Shown: positions 43,572 through 45,476 of the stretch, in pieces
Position numbering within the stretch: the first letter of the stretch is position 1
Layout: each line of letters opens with the position of its first letter
DNA from: Armatimonadota bacterium
Lineage (GTDB): Bacteria > Vulcanimicrobiota > Xenobia > RGZZ01
Direction: 5' to 3'
DNA length: 45,476 bases
Assembly: GCA_016868975.1 (NCBI GenBank)
Contig: VGFD01000002.1
Span: forward strand, 1 to 45,476
Notes under the pieces: generated by a model
What the model was told of the DNA's origin: nothing
Database searches by the model: none
The model's input: only the letters and a program-made list of their open reading frames with translations
Translations under genes and position numbers: made by a program

Positions 43572-45128
43572 ATGGTAAACGTCTCCGCCCCTCTCCCCGC
43601 AAAGACGCTCCAGGAAGTCCGCGACCTGTGGAAGGGCGATCAGGACCATTATTTCAGCGCGGGCCACTCCGAGTCCGCGGACGGGCGGGTGCGCGCCGAG
43701 GTCGGCTACGACTACGGCTCCTGCGGCGAGGCGGGGAAATCCTGGGTCTCGATATCCGAGAACGGCCGCGAGTTGCGCACCTACCGCGTGAAGCAGAGCA
43801 ACCGCCTGGAGCATCCCGTGGTCTCGCCCGACGGCGACTCGGTCTACGTCCAGCAGAACAAAGGGGACAGCTACAAGGTCGTCGAGCTGGACACCCACGG
43901 CGGCGGCCTGTTCAGCAAGCGCACCGCGTTCCGCCTGGGGCGTCAGCCGCTGTCCGCCATCACCGCCAAGCCGGATGGGAAGTCCCTGGTGCTCGCGCAG
44001 GACAACGTCCTCTCGGTCTACGATCGCCGTGGCGGGTTTCTCCCGTGGGCGAAGCGCTTCTGGAACTGGCAGGGCAATCCGCGCGAGGTCGGCAAGCTGC
44101 CCGAGCCCGCGCGCACGGTGAAGTGCCTTTCCGACGGCAGCGTGTACGTTCGCCCATCCTACGCGCGGCGTGCCTACATCGTGTCGCCCGATTTTGAGAA
44201 GATTCGCCGCGTGCCGCTGGAGGAGCTCGATCCCTCCGGCTATCGCAGTGAGGTACGCTCACACGCCAGCTGGATTCCCAGGGACAAGATCGACGCCTTC
44301 GTCTCAGACGACGACTGGCTGGTCACCGATGAGGCCGAGGTGAAGGCCCACGCGGCAAAACCGTCCCCGACGAATGATCGGGTGGCGGTTGTCACCACCG
44401 AGGACAAGCAGTCGAAGCTGTGGCTGTGGGACGTGGGCAGCGCGAAGGCCCGTCCGATTGCGGACCTTCCCATCGAGGGCGACGCCCGGAACCGCGAGGT
44501 GAAGTGGGCGCAGGACGGCGGATTCATCCTGGTGACCCAGGGCGTGCGCGGCGCGGGCACGGAAGCCATCGTGGCGGACGCCGCAAGCGGGAGATTCTGG
44601 CCGCTCGCCAACGTCGAGGGCGGCAAGGGCATCGAGATCTCGCCCGACGGCCAGCACGTGGCCGCCGTGTCGGGCCGCGACGGCACGCTCACGCTCTGGG
44701 ATCGCGCCGCCGGCAAGACCGAAGTGCAGCCCATCGACCAGAAGGGCCGCTCGATGGCGGATGCCTCGGTCAAGTTCACCCCCGACGGCAAGCACGCGGT
44801 CGTCATCGCGCGGCCCGCGCAACTGCGCCAGTTCGAGGTGCACGTGAGGTCGCTTGACGGCGCGCTGCACGAAGTGATTCCGGCCGTGGACAGTCCTTCG
44901 CTTGACGGTGCCACGCTGAGGTTCCGCATCGGCGACCAGGAGCAGACCGTCTCCCTGCCCGAGGGGCTGGCCACGCTCAAGGAGCAGCCCTGGTACGTGA
45001 ATCCGTCGACCGGGGCGCTGTTCGGCGGCGATGGGAAGGATGGCCTGAAGGTCGAGCGCGGCGACGAGCACGTGAACGTGGGCGGGATCGTGGTTCCCGT
45101 CCGCAAGCCAGATGCGGCGGGCGCCTGA
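43572..45128 (+). CDS. WD40/TolB-like beta-propeller protein without signal peptide
   Basis: Repeated SPDG/KPDG/TPDG turns and LWD motifs. RBS AAAGGA. Confidence 0.8.
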   Translation: MVNVSAPLPAKTLQEVRDLWKGDQDHYFSAGHSESADGRVRAEVGYDYGSCGEAGKSWVSISENGRELRTYRVKQSNRLEHPVVSPDGDSVYVQQNKGDSYKVVELDTHGGGLFSKRTAFRLGRQPLSAITAKPDGKSLVLAQDNVLSVYDRRGGFLPWAKRFWNWQGNPREVGKLPEPARTVKCLSDGSVYVRPSYARRAYIVSPDFEKIRRVPLEELDPSGYRSEVRSHASWIPRDKIDAFVSDDDWLVTDEAEVKAHAAKPSPTNDRVAVVTTEDKQSKLWLWDVGSAKARPIADLPIEGDARNREVKWAQDGGFILVTQGVRGAGTEAIVADAASGRFWPLANVEGGKGIEISPDGQHVAAVSGRDGTLTLWDRAAGKTEVQPIDQKGRSMADASVKFTPDGKHAVVIARPAQLRQFEVHVRSLDGALHEVIPAVDSPSLDGATLRFRIGDQEQTVSLPEGLATLKEQPWYVNPSTGALFGGDGKDGLKVERGDEHVNVGGIVVPVRKPDAAGA

Positions 45129-45139
45129 CTTGACTGGGA

Positions 45140-45169
45140 TTGATAGGAATCGCGTCGCCTCGCTATAAT
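45140..45169 (+). promoter_or_regulatory. Sigma70-type promoter TTGATA-18-TATAAT
   Basis: TTGATA at 45140-45145, TATAAT at 45164-45169, ATG at 45180. Confidence 0.7.
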
Positions 45170-45179
45170 TGGTGCCGCA

Positions 45180-45461
45180 ATGAAAAACGAGAGCGGTTGG
45201 GTCGCGCCGTCCACGCCTGAGCACGTGCTGGGCCTCGTCGAAGAGGCCATGAAGGACGACGAGCAGCTCATCATGCTCCACCCGGACTGGTGCAAGAGCT
45301 GCGCGCTGTGCGTGGACGTCTGCCCCAAGGACTGCCTGGAAATGGACGGTCCGCTCCCCCGCCTGACCGACGCAAAGCTCTGCACCAGTTGCGGGATGTG
45401 CGAATATCTCTGTCCTGATTTTGCCATCCACGTGTTGAAGCTGCGGTGGCAAAAGGGATGA
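45180..45461 (+). CDS. 2x[4Fe-4S] ferredoxin (2-oxoacid:ferredoxin oxidoreductase delta-like)
   Basis: WCKSCALCVDVCP and CTSCGMCEYLCPDFAI. ATGA overlap with a next gene starting at 45458. Confidence 0.88.
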   Translation: MKNESGWVAPSTPEHVLGLVEEAMKDDEQLIMLHPDWCKSCALCVDVCPKDCLEMDGPLPRLTDAKLCTSCGMCEYLCPDFAIHVLKLRWQKG

Positions 45462-45476
45462 TTACCGCGGAAAATA

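Noticed and set aside
173-45452. Numerous long antisense and alternate-frame ORFs (e.g. 2573-4219, 11780-13396, 26295-28142, 29525-31240)
   Set aside because: Shadow ORFs of high-GC genes; Arg/Gly/Ala-rich with no motifs.

Overview
GC-rich bacterial chromosomal window, about 42 CDS, with no rRNA, tRNA, CRISPR array or transposase seen. Housekeeping genes are ppa, RluA, a SAM methyltransferase, ABC-F, Tex, ecfT-truA, mdh, an NrfC-NrfD/molybdopterin oxidoreductase module and a ferredoxin. They are interleaved with an accessory region (about 4.3-28 kb, plus 30.7 kb and 42.5-45.1 kb). That region holds two PilX/PilW minor-pilin cassettes (one intact with PilV, one decaying), a GspG-like pilin, two PilC/GspF platform genes, four FHA domains lacking pThr-binding residues, a pseudo-cyclase and a TA pair. 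It also holds signal-peptide-less, eukaryote-like proteins: a type II PI4-kinase-like kinase, an ankyrin protein, an EF-hand protein, a beta-propeller and a YidD-glycine-zipper fusion. The most striking gene is a 1557-aa protein with an ASK1/MAP3K TRAF-binding (DUF4071/TPR-S)-like region, a putative Cys-His-Asp catalytic domain and a C-terminal duplication. Three dispersed orphan genes (starts 11656-, 30753+, 43572+) share an identically spaced promoter motif, TTSAKG-N5-TYCAGR-N9-TAYCMT, which suggests a dedicated regulon. My working hypothesis (inference only) is a pilus-associated, contact-dependent effector system. The gene style recalls Ca. Eremiobacterota/Vulcanimicrobiota, which is unverified. 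All family calls are motif recognition by eye; no searches were run.
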